A stretch of 39,915 nucleotides of DNA from assembly GCA_016196605.1 (NCBI GenBank), contig JACPXJ010000004.1, positions 1-39,915 on the forward strand, given 5' to 3'. The position numbers and the translations under genes are program-made. Shown here one piece after another: positions 8,166 to 18,043 of this stretch (positions are counted from its first letter, which is position 1; every line of letters starts with the position of its first letter). Source of the DNA: Candidatus Nomurabacteria bacterium (GTDB lineage: Bacteria; Patescibacteriota; Minisyncoccia; Phycocordibacterales; UBA9973). The notes under the pieces are model-generated. The model made no database searches. It had not been told where the DNA came from and saw only the letters and a program-made list of their open reading frames with translations.

Positions 8166-9206
8166 ATGAACGAGAAAATTTTAACAGATACGGTGGCGCG
8201 GCTGGTGACACCGCCCAAAGGAATTCTCGCCATAGATGAAGGCACGAAGACGTGCGCCGGGCGTTTTGAAAAACTCGGAGTTCCGAATACAGAAGAAAAG
8301 CGTCGAGAGTACCGCGAACTTCTCATTACTGCGCCGGGAATCGAGCAATTCATTTCTGGATATATTCTTTTTGACGAAACCATTCGCCAGAAGGCAAAAA
8401 ATGGAGTTACTTTTACTTCTATTTTACAGTCGAAAGGGATAGAGATAGGGATAAAAGTTGACGCTGGTCCGCTGGATTTTACCGATCACCCAGGTGAAAA
8501 AGTGACCAGCGGTCTGGAGGGGCTCTCGGAGAGGTTGAAGGAATACAAAAAACTCGGCGCTACTTTCGCTAAATGGCGTGCAGTCTATACTATAGGTGAA
8601 GCCGTTCCCACTGCAGCTTGTATGAAAAAAAATGCAGAAATTTTTGTAAAGTATGTGGAACTTTGCCAAGAAGAGGGTATCGTGCCGATTGTCGAGCCGG
8701 AAATTTTAATGGATGGGGATCATTCTTTAGAAAAGTGTTATGAGGTTACCTCCGTAAATTTGCAGGTGGTTTTTGATGCTCTCAAGGCGGCCAAAGTTTT
8801 CTTGCCCGGATTAATTTTGAAAACTAACATGATCCTTCCCGGAAAAGATTCAAAAGTGGCAGTATTCAACAGGGAAATTGCCCAAAGCACTGTTAGATGC
8901 CTCAAGGAAAAAGTGCCAGCCGAGATAGGCGGAATTGTTTTTCTTTCTGGCGGACAAAAAGATGAAGATGCTGTAATAAATTTGGATTTAATGCATCAAT
9001 CCTTGATTGGCCCTCTTCCTTGGCCTCTCTCATTTTCATACAGTAGGGCTATTCAAAATCCTGTGCTTCGAACGTGGGGTCAAAATCCCGGCCAAGTAAC
9101 CAGAGCCCAAATGCTTTTAGTCGCGGCGGCACGAAATTGCAGTCTCGCGTCAGTGGGAAAATATCAGCATGAAGATTTTAAGAAATTAAGCCGGCATCCG
9201 CAATAA
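8166..9206 (+). CDS. Class I fructose-bisphosphate aldolase (eukaryote-like family)
   Basis: KGILAIDE, FAKWRAV, VPIVEPE, LKTNM, FLSGGQ, LSFSYSRA. Confidence 0.95.
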   Translation: MNEKILTDTVARLVTPPKGILAIDEGTKTCAGRFEKLGVPNTEEKRREYRELLITAPGIEQFISGYILFDETIRQKAKNGVTFTSILQSKGIEIGIKVDAGPLDFTDHPGEKVTSGLEGLSERLKEYKKLGATFAKWRAVYTIGEAVPTAACMKKNAEIFVKYVELCQEEGIVPIVEPEILMDGDHSLEKCYEVTSVNLQVVFDALKAAKVFLPGLILKTNMILPGKDSKVAVFNREIAQSTVRCLKEKVPAEIGGIVFLSGGQKDEDAVINLDLMHQSLIGPLPWPLSFSYSRAIQNPVLRTWGQNPGQVTRAQMLLVAAARNCSLASVGKYQHEDFKKLSRHPQ

Positions 9207-9211
9207 ACTGA

Positions 9212-10864
9212 ATGAAAGAAGAAATAAAAAAATTTTTCAGAGGGGACGCTGAGGATAGTGAAGAAACACTTTTAAAATATTCGCATGATGCGAGCATTTT
9301 TGATATTCGTCCAAAAATAGTTCTGTTTCCGAAAGATGCGGAGGACGTAAAGAATTTAGTGAAGTGGGTAAGTGAAAATCAGCAAAAATATCCCGGACTT
9401 TCGATCACCGCAAGATGCGCCGGCACGGATATGTCCGGCGGCGCGGTCGGTGAATCTATAATTTTGGATTTTACCCGGCATATGAATAAATTGATAAGGT
9501 GGAATGAATCCTTGAATTTTTCACAGGTTCATTCCATAACCGTTCAGCCCGGGATGTTTTATCGGGACTTTGAAAAAATTACTCTATCCAAGGGTATGAT
9601 TCTCCCTTGTTTTACCGCTTCAAAAACTATCAATGCCATGGGCGGAATGTTCGGCAATAATTCAGCCGGGGAACGAACTTTAAGGTATGGCAAGACTGAA
9701 GACTATATCTTAGAAACTAAAGTTGTTTTTGCCGATGGAATTGAGAGAGCTGTAAAACCGATACCGGTTTCGGAAATTTCCAGGCAGGAAGGAGTCTACA
9801 CTAAAATTTACGGCTTGTTTAAAAATAACGAAAAAGAAATAAAAGAAGCTAAACCCGATGTGCATAAAAATTCCGCCGGCTACTACATTTGGAATGTTTT
9901 AAAAGATGATGTTTTTGATTTGAATAAGCTGCTGGTAGGTTCGCAGGGGACACTCGGCATAGCGACAGAGATTACTTTCCGACTGGTGCCCGAACCGAAA
10001 TATTCCCGCCTTCTTGTCGTCTTTCTCCGGGACATGAGCTTGCTTCCCCTTTTGGTTAACAAAATCCTCAAATATAATCCTCAGACCCTCGAGTCCTATG
10101 ACGATAAGACTTTTCTTTTGGTGGTGAAATACATAAGGGGATTCGCCCAGTTGCTTGGTCTCAAAAATTTCATGAAGCTTATTTTTAGTTTTCTGCCGGA
10201 AGCGGTGATGACTTTCCGGAATGGTTTCCCAAAGCTGGCCCTTTTAGTTGAATTTACAGGGGAGACACAGAAAGAAGCGAATGAAGAGGCGGAAAAGGCG
10301 CTTCAGGAGCTCACGACTGTTAAAAAAATTGGCTTGCGACTAACAAGGGACGCGCTTGAAGCAAAAAAATACTGGACTATACGCCATGAGGCATTCAACT
10401 TAATTCGTTACCATTTGAAAAAGTTCAAATCCAAACCTTTTGTCGATGATGTGATTGTCCGGCCGGAAAGACTGCCGGAATTTTTTCCAGCGCTTTATAA
10501 AATTTTGAATGAGTATAAAAAAGAGATGGCTTTTGCGGTAGGCGGACATGCTGGTGACGGCAATCTGCATATCTATACTCTGGTAGATCCCAAGGACCCA
10601 AACGTGAAAAAGATGATCATTGAAGTTTCCAATAAAGTTTATGATCTTGTAGTTCGACTTGGCGGCTCGATAACGGCGGAACACAATGACGGGCTTATTC
10701 GCACGCCTTATTTACACAAGATGTATAGTGAAAAAATGTTAGAAATTTTTGCGGAAATCAAGCGAATTTTCGACCCTAAACATATTCTTAATCCTGGTAA
10801 AAAAGTTCCAGTCGTGGGCGGAGCGGGAACTGAAGAATATATCGTTAAGCATATTGCTTTTTAA
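9212..10864 (+). CDS. FAD-binding oxidoreductase (GlcD/D-lactate dehydrogenase-like)
   Basis: AGTDMSGG FAD-binding region, GSQGTLGI, GHAGDGNLH, SITAEHNDG, ILNPGK. Confidence 0.9.
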   Translation: MKEEIKKFFRGDAEDSEETLLKYSHDASIFDIRPKIVLFPKDAEDVKNLVKWVSENQQKYPGLSITARCAGTDMSGGAVGESIILDFTRHMNKLIRWNESLNFSQVHSITVQPGMFYRDFEKITLSKGMILPCFTASKTINAMGGMFGNNSAGERTLRYGKTEDYILETKVVFADGIERAVKPIPVSEISRQEGVYTKIYGLFKNNEKEIKEAKPDVHKNSAGYYIWNVLKDDVFDLNKLLVGSQGTLGIATEITFRLVPEPKYSRLLVVFLRDMSLLPLLVNKILKYNPQTLESYDDKTFLLVVKYIRGFAQLLGLKNFMKLIFSFLPEAVMTFRNGFPKLALLVEFTGETQKEANEEAEKALQELTTVKKIGLRLTRDALEAKKYWTIRHEAFNLIRYHLKKFKSKPFVDDVIVRPERLPEFFPALYKILNEYKKEMAFAVGGHAGDGNLHIYTLVDPKDPNVKKMIIEVSNKVYDLVVRLGGSITAEHNDGLIRTPYLHKMYSEKMLEIFAEIKRIFDPKHILNPGKKVPVVGGAGTEEYIVKHIAF

Positions 10865-10887
10865 TTCTTTTTCTGTATACTGTTTTC

Positions 10888-11586
10888 ATGTTTGTAATTG
10901 AAGCAACACCTCGAGAAAAGGGCGTTAAGATAGAAGTCCTTAGAAAGTCCGGCAAGATTCCTGCAGTTTTTTATGGCGCGGGCAAACAATCTACTTCAAT
11001 AGCTATTCCTAGTCCTCTTTTCAAAAAGGTCTGGCGAGAGGCGGGAGAATCTTCTACTGTAAAAATTGGCATGCCCAAGGGAGGAGATATCGATGTGCTT
11101 ATCCACGAAGTTCAGGTAGATCCGGTAACCGATGAGCCGATACATGTGGATTTTCTTGCGATAGACATGAGGAAAAAAATCAAAGTTAAAGTACCGCTAG
11201 TTTTCGAAGGCATATCAAATGCGGTGAAGAGCGGCATAGGAAACCTAGTGAAGGTGCTTCACGAAATCGAAATCGAGGCGCTGCCAGCTGATTTGCCTCA
11301 CAATCTTCCTGTGGATATTTCAAAACTCGAAACACTGGATAATAATATTGTCGTTTCCGATATTAAATTGCCGGCCGGCGTAGCAGCTGTTACGTCTCCG
11401 ACTGATGTGGTGGCTTCTGTGGTTGCTCAGGTGGAAGAAAAAGAAGAAGTGGTAGTGGTTCCAGACTTGACTGCTATTGAAGTCGAGAAGAAGGGCAAGA
11501 AAGAAGAAGAGGGAGCACCAGGAGCCGAGGGTGCAGCCGCTCCAGCACCGGCCAAGGAGGAAAAGGCAGAGAAAGAGAAAAAGTAA
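10888..11586 (+). CDS. rplY: 50S ribosomal protein L25/Ctc
   Basis: LRKSGKIPAVFYG, IHEVQVDPV...HVDF, long acidic C-terminus. Confidence 0.96.
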   Translation: MFVIEATPREKGVKIEVLRKSGKIPAVFYGAGKQSTSIAIPSPLFKKVWREAGESSTVKIGMPKGGDIDVLIHEVQVDPVTDEPIHVDFLAIDMRKKIKVKVPLVFEGISNAVKSGIGNLVKVLHEIEIEALPADLPHNLPVDISKLETLDNNIVVSDIKLPAGVAAVTSPTDVVASVVAQVEEKEEVVVVPDLTAIEVEKKGKKEEEGAPGAEGAAAPAPAKEEKAEKEKK

Positions 11587-11625
11587 TCAACTCCAGATTT
11601 ACTCAGTTTGTGCTAGAATATTGCT

Positions 11626-12978
11626 ATGGCAAAACAGGCGGTCATACTTTTTGTCGTTTTTATAGCTATTTTAGGCAGTTTTTTCTCGTTCAGAATTAAT
11701 GCCGCATTTGATTGTCTCTCTCTCACTACTTCTTCCAGCCAGGCAGATAAGGATTATTGCAGAAGCGAGCTTGCGGATATCGAAGCGGAGCTGGAGCGGC
11801 TTTTGAACCAGCAAAAAGAACAACAGAAACAAACTGGTACGCTGAAAGGTGATGTTGATTATTTGACGAGCCAAATAAATGCTCTTAAAGCCAAGATCAA
11901 AGCTCGCGCGCTAGTGATCGCGCAGCTGAAAGTAGATATAAAGGAAAAGACGAGCAAGATCGAATCGCTCCAGAAAAAGATAGAGCGTGAGCATGAATCT
12001 CTTGCCCAGCTTTTGCGCAATACCAGAGAGCGGGACGAAGATACATTAGTGCATTTGGTGCTCGGAGAAGAGAGTATTTCAGGTTTCTATAGTGATTTTG
12101 AGTCATATGCTTCCATTAAAGAGGCGGTGAATAAATCAGTAAATACTATCAGGGGCGTAAAGACGGAAACAGAGGTTGCAAAAAAAGATCTGGAGCTAAA
12201 GCAGGATGCGGAAACTGACGCTAAGGCGGAACTAGAAAGCGCGCAAAAGAAAGTAACCCAGTCGGAAACAGAAAAGAAACAGCTTTTGGCAATTTCCAAA
12301 GAAAAGGAGCAGGAATATAGAGAATTGGCGGCGCAGAAGAAGATAGAGGCCGATAGAATTAGAAGTGCCCTCTTCAGTTTGGCAGGTATATCGCAAAAAA
12401 TTGATTTCGGTACCGCGCTCGAATATGCAAATTCTGTAAATAAAGAGCTCGGAGTTGATCAGGCGTTTTTACTCGCCATTCTTACGCAGGAATCCAATCT
12501 CGGGGCAAATGTTGGCCAATGTTACCTCGTAAACCCTGATACGGGTGCTGGCGTAGGTAAAAATACAGGAACGCCATTTGCAAATGTCATGAAACCGACC
12601 CGAGATGTCGTGCCATTCCTTGAAATAACTAACGCGCTTGGCTTTAACGGCTTTCAAACTGCTGTATCTTGCCCAATTGCGAGCGCAGGAGGATACGGTG
12701 GAGCCATGGGTCCGGCCCAATTCATTCCTTCAACTTGGAAAATATTCGAAAGCCGCTTAAAAAATATTCTGGGGCATACAGCCAATCCTTGGTCCCCGCG
12801 AGACGCCTTTATGGCTTCCGGAATGTATCTGGCTGATTTGGGGGCAATAGGCAATAGCGCAAGTTCCCAATTGAGAGCCGCTTGTAAATATTACGGTACA
12901 GGGGGGTCTACATGTTCTTATGGACGCAGCGTGATGAAAATTAAAGCAAAGATTCAGAGCGATATTGATCTTTTATAG
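11626..12978 (+). CDS. Secreted coiled-coil protein with C-terminal lytic transglycosylase (SLT_2/MltB-like) domain
   Basis: Signal/TM N-terminus, long coiled coil, AILTQES catalytic Glu, GAMGPAQFIPSTW. Confidence 0.88.
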   Translation: MAKQAVILFVVFIAILGSFFSFRINAAFDCLSLTTSSSQADKDYCRSELADIEAELERLLNQQKEQQKQTGTLKGDVDYLTSQINALKAKIKARALVIAQLKVDIKEKTSKIESLQKKIEREHESLAQLLRNTRERDEDTLVHLVLGEESISGFYSDFESYASIKEAVNKSVNTIRGVKTETEVAKKDLELKQDAETDAKAELESAQKKVTQSETEKKQLLAISKEKEQEYRELAAQKKIEADRIRSALFSLAGISQKIDFGTALEYANSVNKELGVDQAFLLAILTQESNLGANVGQCYLVNPDTGAGVGKNTGTPFANVMKPTRDVVPFLEITNALGFNGFQTAVSCPIASAGGYGGAMGPAQFIPSTWKIFESRLKNILGHTANPWSPRDAFMASGMYLADLGAIGNSASSQLRAACKYYGTGGSTCSYGRSVMKIKAKIQSDIDLL

Positions 12979-13027
12979 CAATTTAATCAGAATTGCCTAA
13001 AGTTAAAAACTGTGATATTGTCAAGCC

Positions 13028-13246
13028 ATGAAGAAAGATATACACCCAAAATATGATTTAAAAACAAAAGCAACCTGCGCCTGCGGAGCTGTTTATGAAG
13101 TTGGCTCAACTATGCCGGAAATTACGATGGAAATCTGCAGCCAATGCCATCCTTTCTATACTGGCAATGAAAAAATAATGGATACGGCCGGACGTGTGGA
13201 CCGTTTCAACAAGCGTCGCGCTGCGACAGCTAAAGTCAAGAAGTAA
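13028..13246 (+). CDS. rpmE: 50S ribosomal protein L31 (Zn-binding type)
   Basis: MKKDIHPKY...CACG...[10 protein letters not shown]...GRVDRF. Confidence 0.98.
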   Translation: MKKDIHPKYDLKTKATCACGAVYEVGSTMPEITMEICSQCHPFYTGNEKIMDTAGRVDRFNKRRAATAKVKK

Positions 13247-14209
13247 ATGAATTTAGATGAAATAAAAAAGGATCATAGAACTAGCTATTTAGCAGTTGCT
13301 TTAGAAAAGCTTGTTCGCGAGGAGAGAGAAGTACGAGAGATGCTCGCGAGTGATGATACTCTTCATGAAATGGCGGCCAAAGAGCTTAAATTTATTCAGG
13401 AGGAAAGAGAGAGGATAGAGAAGCAAGTAGTGGATATTTTAGATAAGGAAAAGGTGGAGGCAGAGATCACCAATGAGATAGTTATTGAAGTGCGCGCTGG
13501 CGCTGGCGGGGACGAAGCATCGCTTTTTGCCTGGGAACTCGCGCACATGTATGAGAAATATTCCGAATCACAAGGATGGAGCTGGAAAGTAAACTATGAA
13601 TCTAAAAGCGACCTCTCTGGCTACAAGGAAGCTTCGTTTGAAGTAAAAGGCAAGGGTGTTTATGACAAAATGAAATACGAGACAGGCGTGCACCGAGTGC
13701 AGAGAATGCCAGCCACTGAAAAGAACGGAAGAATACATACCTCTACCGCATCTGTCGCAGTATTACCAATTAGAAAAAAAGTTACTTTCAAAATTGACCC
13801 TTCGGAATTTGAAATGGAATACTCTCGTTCCGGCGGCAAGGGCGGACAGAACGTGAACAAAGTCGAAACAGCTGTCCGTATCATTCACAAGCCCACTGGC
13901 CTTGATGTGCGTTCTACAAATGAACGTAGCCAGCTCGCCAACCGCGAAAAGGCCATGGCAATTCTGACTGCCAAATTACAGCAGCTCGAAGAAGAAAGAG
14001 AAGCCAAAAAATATGCCGGAGAAAGAAAGGAACAGATAGGCACCGCAGACCGGTCAGAAAAAATCCGTACTTACAATTTTCCACAGGACCGCGTAACAGA
14101 CCATCGCATCAAAAAATCCTGGCATAATCTGCCCAAAATAATGGAGGGGGACATCGAAGACATAATTCATGATATTCAGACTGGCGCGGTTGGGGATGAA
14201 ACTGAATAA
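13247..14209 (+). CDS. prfA: Peptide chain release factor 1
   Basis: PAT (PxT) recognition motif, GGQ, RSEKIRTYNFPQDRVTDHR. Confidence 0.96.
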   Translation: MNLDEIKKDHRTSYLAVALEKLVREEREVREMLASDDTLHEMAAKELKFIQEERERIEKQVVDILDKEKVEAEITNEIVIEVRAGAGGDEASLFAWELAHMYEKYSESQGWSWKVNYESKSDLSGYKEASFEVKGKGVYDKMKYETGVHRVQRMPATEKNGRIHTSTASVAVLPIRKKVTFKIDPSEFEMEYSRSGGKGGQNVNKVETAVRIIHKPTGLDVRSTNERSQLANREKAMAILTAKLQQLEEEREAKKYAGERKEQIGTADRSEKIRTYNFPQDRVTDHRIKKSWHNLPKIMEGDIEDIIHDIQTGAVGDETE

Positions 14210-14239
14210 AACGTGTCGACCTGCCAGGTCAACACGTTT
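14209..14239. terminator. Hairpin after prfA (AAACGTGTCGACCTG-C-CAGGTCAACACGTTT)
   Basis: 15-bp inverted repeat with one mismatch directly at the prfA stop codon. Confidence 0.55.
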
Positions 14240-14275
14240 GTGTAAAACCCTTATATTTATTGATTTTACGAGCTA

Positions 14276-14303
14276 TTGACTTTATTATAAAATGTGCTAT
14301 ACT
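14276..14303 (+). promoter_or_regulatory. Sigma70-type promoter TTGACT-16-(TGc)TATACT
   Basis: Near-consensus -35 and extended -10 upstream of the 14427/14653 genes. Confidence 0.7.
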
Positions 14304-14426
14304 TAAGAGGTATAAGTCCGAAAGGGCTTTTTTGTTTGTCCATTGATAATTGAAGACTCGAGTTTCCAGGCAACCTGTGCTGGAAGCGGTTTTGATTTGG
14401 GTAAACTAAACTAGGAATTTTGTCCT

Positions 14427-14642
14427 ATGAAACGTCACTCGCTAGCTATCATGGCTGTGCTCATCGTAGCCGGAGCAATCTTGGTTAGTTATCGCATTCT
14501 CGTTCCGGCCCACAAGGCCGTGTTCGGGAACAGCCAGCCAGTAAAGGCTCAAAAAACAAATCAGACCAAAGTGATTGTTGCCCCAGCACGGTCTGGAGTC
14601 ATCAATCTCGAAGTCCACCTCAACCCAACGTTTGCACCATAA
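14427..14642 (+). CDS. Small hypothetical membrane-anchored protein
   Basis: 71-aa ORF with an N-terminal hydrophobic helix, co-oriented with the downstream gene. Confidence 0.55.
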   Translation: MKRHSLAIMAVLIVAGAILVSYRILVPAHKAVFGNSQPVKAQKTNQTKVIVAPARSGVINLEVHLNPTFAP

Positions 14643-14652
14643 ATTTTCGGTT

Positions 14653-15702
14653 ATGAAAAAAATACTCAGCCTCACTTGCGTCGCAATTGCGACGGCGCTT
14701 TGCGCCTTCGCCCAAACTCCAGTTACACCTCCAGGTTCACCACCGTCGGAACTTCCCGCCATCGTCAACAGTGGCACCTTGCGCGCCCGCGCATTCGAGC
14801 TCGCCGCCGAGGTTAACGCCTCGATGTGGGGGAGCGATTCATTGCTCCCAAGCGATACCACCTATGATCACCGGACATGGGTTGGGAAGAAAAACTCGCT
14901 GGAGATTCTGGATCAGGTCAAGCTACTCAAGCTTGCTGGCCAGACGGTGAGTTCCTCCGACGATATCAACATAGGCGGGTCCATCAATGCCAAGGACGGC
15001 GATCAGCTTTTCGCCGGAATGAACACGGTGAAGCCGGTGCAAGTCGGCGGCGTGTGGACGCTTCCGAGCACTGTCGGCAATATCGCCTTTGCTTTGTCGA
15101 GCGTTCCGTTCGATATGGGCAAGGAGGTTGCGGGTGTTGTTGGCGTTGGGAAAGACACCAACGGCAACCCAAGCACGGTCTGGATGGGATACGGCGGCAG
15201 AAAGATTTACGTCTCGCCACTCCTGTATACTTTGTCTAATCCAGTGGTGCGTGTGTCTTTCACTGATGGCAGTGTGTGGGATTACACAGCCGCGGACGGT
15301 GGAAAAGGCAAAAAGATAGTGGTGATTCCGCTTACGGTCAACATGTCCGGTTCGTTCAAGAACACGGTCACTCTCAAAGATCCGCCGAACGGCTTCGTAT
15401 CGGTTGTTTCGATCAAGACAACCAACAAAGTCGGGATCACTCCGACAATCGAGGTTATGTCTTCGTCGATGACGACAATAATAGTAAATTTTGATATCTC
15501 AACCACTGACGGTAAACGTCCAGTGAGGTTGTGGTATCGAAAAAGCACCGATTCTAACGAAAGTTGGGCACCGGCCGTGTACGATGTCGGGCAGACAATC
15601 AAGGGGCTGCCCATTAACTACGACGGCAAAGCTGGCACCACCTATGTCGTGCCGGAATTCAAAGTGGGGGATCTGACGGAACCCTCTCCTTACGGAAAGT
15701 AA
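14653..15702 (+). CDS. Hypothetical secreted beta-rich protein
   Basis: Signal peptide MKKILSLTCVAIATALCAFA|Q, Pro-rich linker, G/T/S/V-rich body. Start moved from 14575 to the ATG at 14653. Confidence 0.8.
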   Translation: MKKILSLTCVAIATALCAFAQTPVTPPGSPPSELPAIVNSGTLRARAFELAAEVNASMWGSDSLLPSDTTYDHRTWVGKKNSLEILDQVKLLKLAGQTVSSSDDINIGGSINAKDGDQLFAGMNTVKPVQVGGVWTLPSTVGNIAFALSSVPFDMGKEVAGVVGVGKDTNGNPSTVWMGYGGRKIYVSPLLYTLSNPVVRVSFTDGSVWDYTAADGGKGKKIVVIPLTVNMSGSFKNTVTLKDPPNGFVSVVSIKTTNKVGITPTIEVMSSSMTTIIVNFDISTTDGKRPVRLWYRKSTDSNESWAPAVYDVGQTIKGLPINYDGKAGTTYVVPEFKVGDLTEPSPYGK

Positions 15703-15758
15703 TTAAGACGGCGGCTAGGATAACCACTATCTGTCAAGAAAATTTAGCACATCAATCC

Positions 15759-15790
15759 AAAGCCCGGTTCGCGAAAGCGAACCGGGCTTT
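15759..15790. terminator. Intrinsic terminator AAAGCCCGGTTCGC-GAAA-GCGAACCGGGCTTT
   Basis: Perfect 14-bp stem with GAAA loop after the secreted-protein gene. Confidence 0.85.
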
Positions 15791-15947
15791 AACTATTTTT
15801 AGCCAAATCTGCTGTTGGTTTTTCATACTTTGCTTTTTATTTTTGCCATGTTATACTTTTTCGGTAGTTTCTCACTTAGCGAAAAGAGGTTCTACGTTTA
15901 TAAATAGTTTTTTGTCTCTTTTATTAAAAAGGGAAGAAGTAAAGAAA

Positions 15948-16268
15948 ATGGCTACAAAGCTATATGTAGGGGGACTCCCTTACAGCACTCAGGAGAACGC
16001 TCTCAAGGAGCTCTTCGCGCAGGCAGGAAACGTTGTTTCCGCTGTGATTATCATGGACAAGATGTCCGGTCGTTCTAAGGGTTTTGGATTCGTGGAAATG
16101 GCAACTCAAGAAGAAGCGCAGAAGGCTATTTCTATGTTTAATGACCAAGAATTCGAAGGACGCAAGCTTACTGTCAACGAAGCTCGCCCTATGGAAGCTC
16201 GCCCACCACGAAGTGGAGGCAATGACCGAGGCGGTTACGGGGGAGGAGGCGGACGCCGAGAATACTAA
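15948..16268 (+). CDS. RRM (RNP-1) RNA-binding protein with Gly/Arg-rich tail
   Basis: KLYVGGL (RNP2) and KGFGFVEM (RNP1); start at MATK. Confidence 0.95.
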   Translation: MATKLYVGGLPYSTQENALKELFAQAGNVVSAVIIMDKMSGRSKGFGFVEMATQEEAQKAISMFNDQEFEGRKLTVNEARPMEARPPRSGGNDRGGYGGGGGRREY

Positions 16269-16286
16269 TTTATATTTGTACTTTAG

Positions 16287-16320
16287 AATCAAAAAACCGC
16301 CTCCCGGCGGTTTTTTGATT
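16287..16320. terminator. Intrinsic terminator AATCAAAAAACCGCC-TCCC-GGCGGTTTTTTGATT
   Basis: GC stem followed by a U-tract after the RRM gene. Confidence 0.88.
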
Positions 16321-16322
16321 GG

Positions 16323-16380
16323 ACCTCTCCCGGCTTTCAGCCACCCTCTCCTTAATAAGGAGAGGGACCGGGGGTGAGGT
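16323..16380. repeat. REP-like hairpin, CCCTCTCCTT-N3-AAGGAGAGGG family
   Basis: ACCTC...core hairpin 16344-16366...GAGGT; related copies at 18030, 24210 and 30151. Confidence 0.88.
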
Positions 16381-16426
16381 GAGTTTGCCTTAATGCGTTA
16401 TCTTTGTTATATTTTTTTTTAAGCCT

Positions 16427-16498
16427 GAGTGTGTAGTTCAGTGGTAGAACGCTGTCCTGATAAGACAGAGGTCGAAGGTCCGATTCCTTCCACACTCA
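16427..16498 (+). tRNA. tRNA-Ile (GAT)
   Basis: GAGTGTG/CACACTC acceptor; CTGTC-CT-GAT-AA-GACAG; GAAGG-TCCGATT-CCTTC. Confidence 0.94.
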
Positions 16499-16512
16499 CT
16501 AGGTCTAGTCTA

Positions 16513-16830
16513 CTAGTATCTTTTTAATAGATCTTCTAGGAATTTTTCAACTGAATCCCCATTAGGGAAATCATCGTAAAGCGCAGGTAAATCACTCGGA
16601 ATAGTGCTTCCTCCCAGGATATGAAACATTCCGTATCTCACAGCATTTGAATATTTATTTTCTAAGTCTGTGACTTTTTTTACAAGTTCTTTTTGGAGTT
16701 CTATAGTTTTTGTAAGATCTTGATCGTCGAGTGCCATAACATTCTTTACTATTTTTTCGAATACCGTACGAAACTTTTCCACCTTCTCGTGATTATAGAC
16801 AGGTGCATTTGGGAATTTTTCTTGTTCCAT
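16513..16830 (-). CDS. Hypothetical protein
   Basis: 105-aa ORF from MEQEKF, preceded by TGGTATAAT plus 6 nt. Confidence 0.7.
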   Translation of the reverse strand: MEQEKFPNAPVYNHEKVEKFRTVFEKIVKNVMALDDQDLTKTIELQKELVKKVTDLENKYSNAVRYGMFHILGGSTIPSDLPALYDDFPNGDSVEKFLEDLLKRY

Positions 16831-16891
16831 TTCATTATTATACCACATTTTGCATTACTGACACCTTTTGATATACTAACTGAAAGCCATA

Positions 16892-17191
16892 ATGGCTTTG
16901 TTTTTTATGGATAAAGACAAGAAAAAACTCGATTGGAAGCCTGCTTTCGAGCTTTTTAGCCAAGTCTCGGCGTGGATAGTGGCGCCGATAGTTTTAGCCC
17001 TTGTATTCGGCAAAATGCTCGATGCGCGTTATGGCACGGAACCTATAATTTTCCTTGTTTTGGCTGGTGTTGGTTTTCTGGTTACCTGTGCGGGGATAAT
17101 TCGCGTGGTTAGAAAATACATTAAAAAATTAAAAGAAATAGCGGATAAATCGCCTCAACGGCGATCTGCCGAAGAGGCAGAAGAAAATTAA
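16892..17191 (+). CDS. AtpZ/AtpI family ATP synthase accessory membrane protein
   Basis: Two TM helices with G-x-x-LD...YGTEP motif; first gene of the atp operon. Start may be 16907. Confidence 0.82.
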   Translation: MALFFMDKDKKKLDWKPAFELFSQVSAWIVAPIVLALVFGKMLDARYGTEPIIFLVLAGVGFLVTCAGIIRVVRKYIKKLKEIADKSPQRRSAEEAEEN

Positions 17192-17194
17192 AGT

Positions 17195-18043
17195 ATGGAA
17201 AAAATCGCGCATGAAATTACATTATTTGCAGAGCCAATTTTCCACCTTGGGAATTTTACCATTACCAACGCTCTGCTTACATCTTGGGTAGCTGTCGCAG
17301 TAATCATAATTTTATCTATCATATTGCGCACGAAGCTTCGCGTCATCCCCGGCAAACTCCAGAATATTTTTGAAATCGTTACCGAGGGCGCGCTAAGTCT
17401 CTGCGATCAGGTGACTGGCAGTCGCATCCTTTCCATGAAAATTTTTCCTTTGGCTATCTGCGTTTTTTTCTTCATCTTACTTAATAATTGGTTGGGACTT
17501 TTGCCTATTGGCGGACTGGGGCTTTTAGAAAGAAGCGAAAAAGGGCTAGCTTTTGTCCCATTTTTACGAGGTGGGACGGCTGACATAAATACTACCATTG
17601 CCCTTGCCGTAATGGCTGTTATCGGGGCAAATATCTTCGGGATTTTTTCAATCGGCATATGGAAAATTTTTAATAAATATGTTAATCTAAAGGCGCTCGG
17701 GGGGACATTTACGAAAATACGTAAAGAGCCGGCAGTCATCATCGTAGCTCCGATCACGTTCTTTGTGGGTATAATCGAGATTATCAGCGAATTTGCCAAG
17801 GTGGCCTCTTTGTCATTTCGTCTTTTTGGCAACGTTTTTGCCGGGGAAGTTCTTCTGGCATCCATGGCGGCGCTGGTGGCCTATGTGGTTCCAATACCAT
17901 TTCTCTTTTTGGAAATTATGGTGGGAATCATACAGGCATTAATATTTTCAATTTTGCTGGTTGTTTATTTTACGATAGCCTCTACGGATCATGAGGAGCA
18001 CGAAGAAAAACATGAACATTTATTGAGTGCCCCCTCTCCTTAA
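17195..18043 (+). CDS. atpB: ATP synthase Fo subunit a
   Basis: TADINTT, SLSFRLFGNVFAGE, IQALIF. Confidence 0.97.
   Translation: MEKIAHEITLFAEPIFHLGNFTITNALLTSWVAVAVIIILSIILRTKLRVIPGKLQNIFEIVTEGALSLCDQVTGSRILSMKIFPLAICVFFFILLNNWLGLLPIGGLGLLERSEKGLAFVPFLRGGTADINTTIALAVMAVIGANIFGIFSIGIWKIFNKYVNLKALGGTFTKIRKEPAVIIVAPITFFVGIIEIISEFAKVASLSFRLFGNVFAGEVLLASMAALVAYVVPIPFLFLEIMVGIIQALIFSILLVVYFTIASTDHEEHEEKHEHLLSAPSP

Noticed and set aside
14442..15614. Multiple overlapping ORFs on both strands in the secreted-protein gene
   Set aside because: These are expected shadow ORFs of a higher-GC coding region; only the 14653 frame has a signal peptide and coherent composition.
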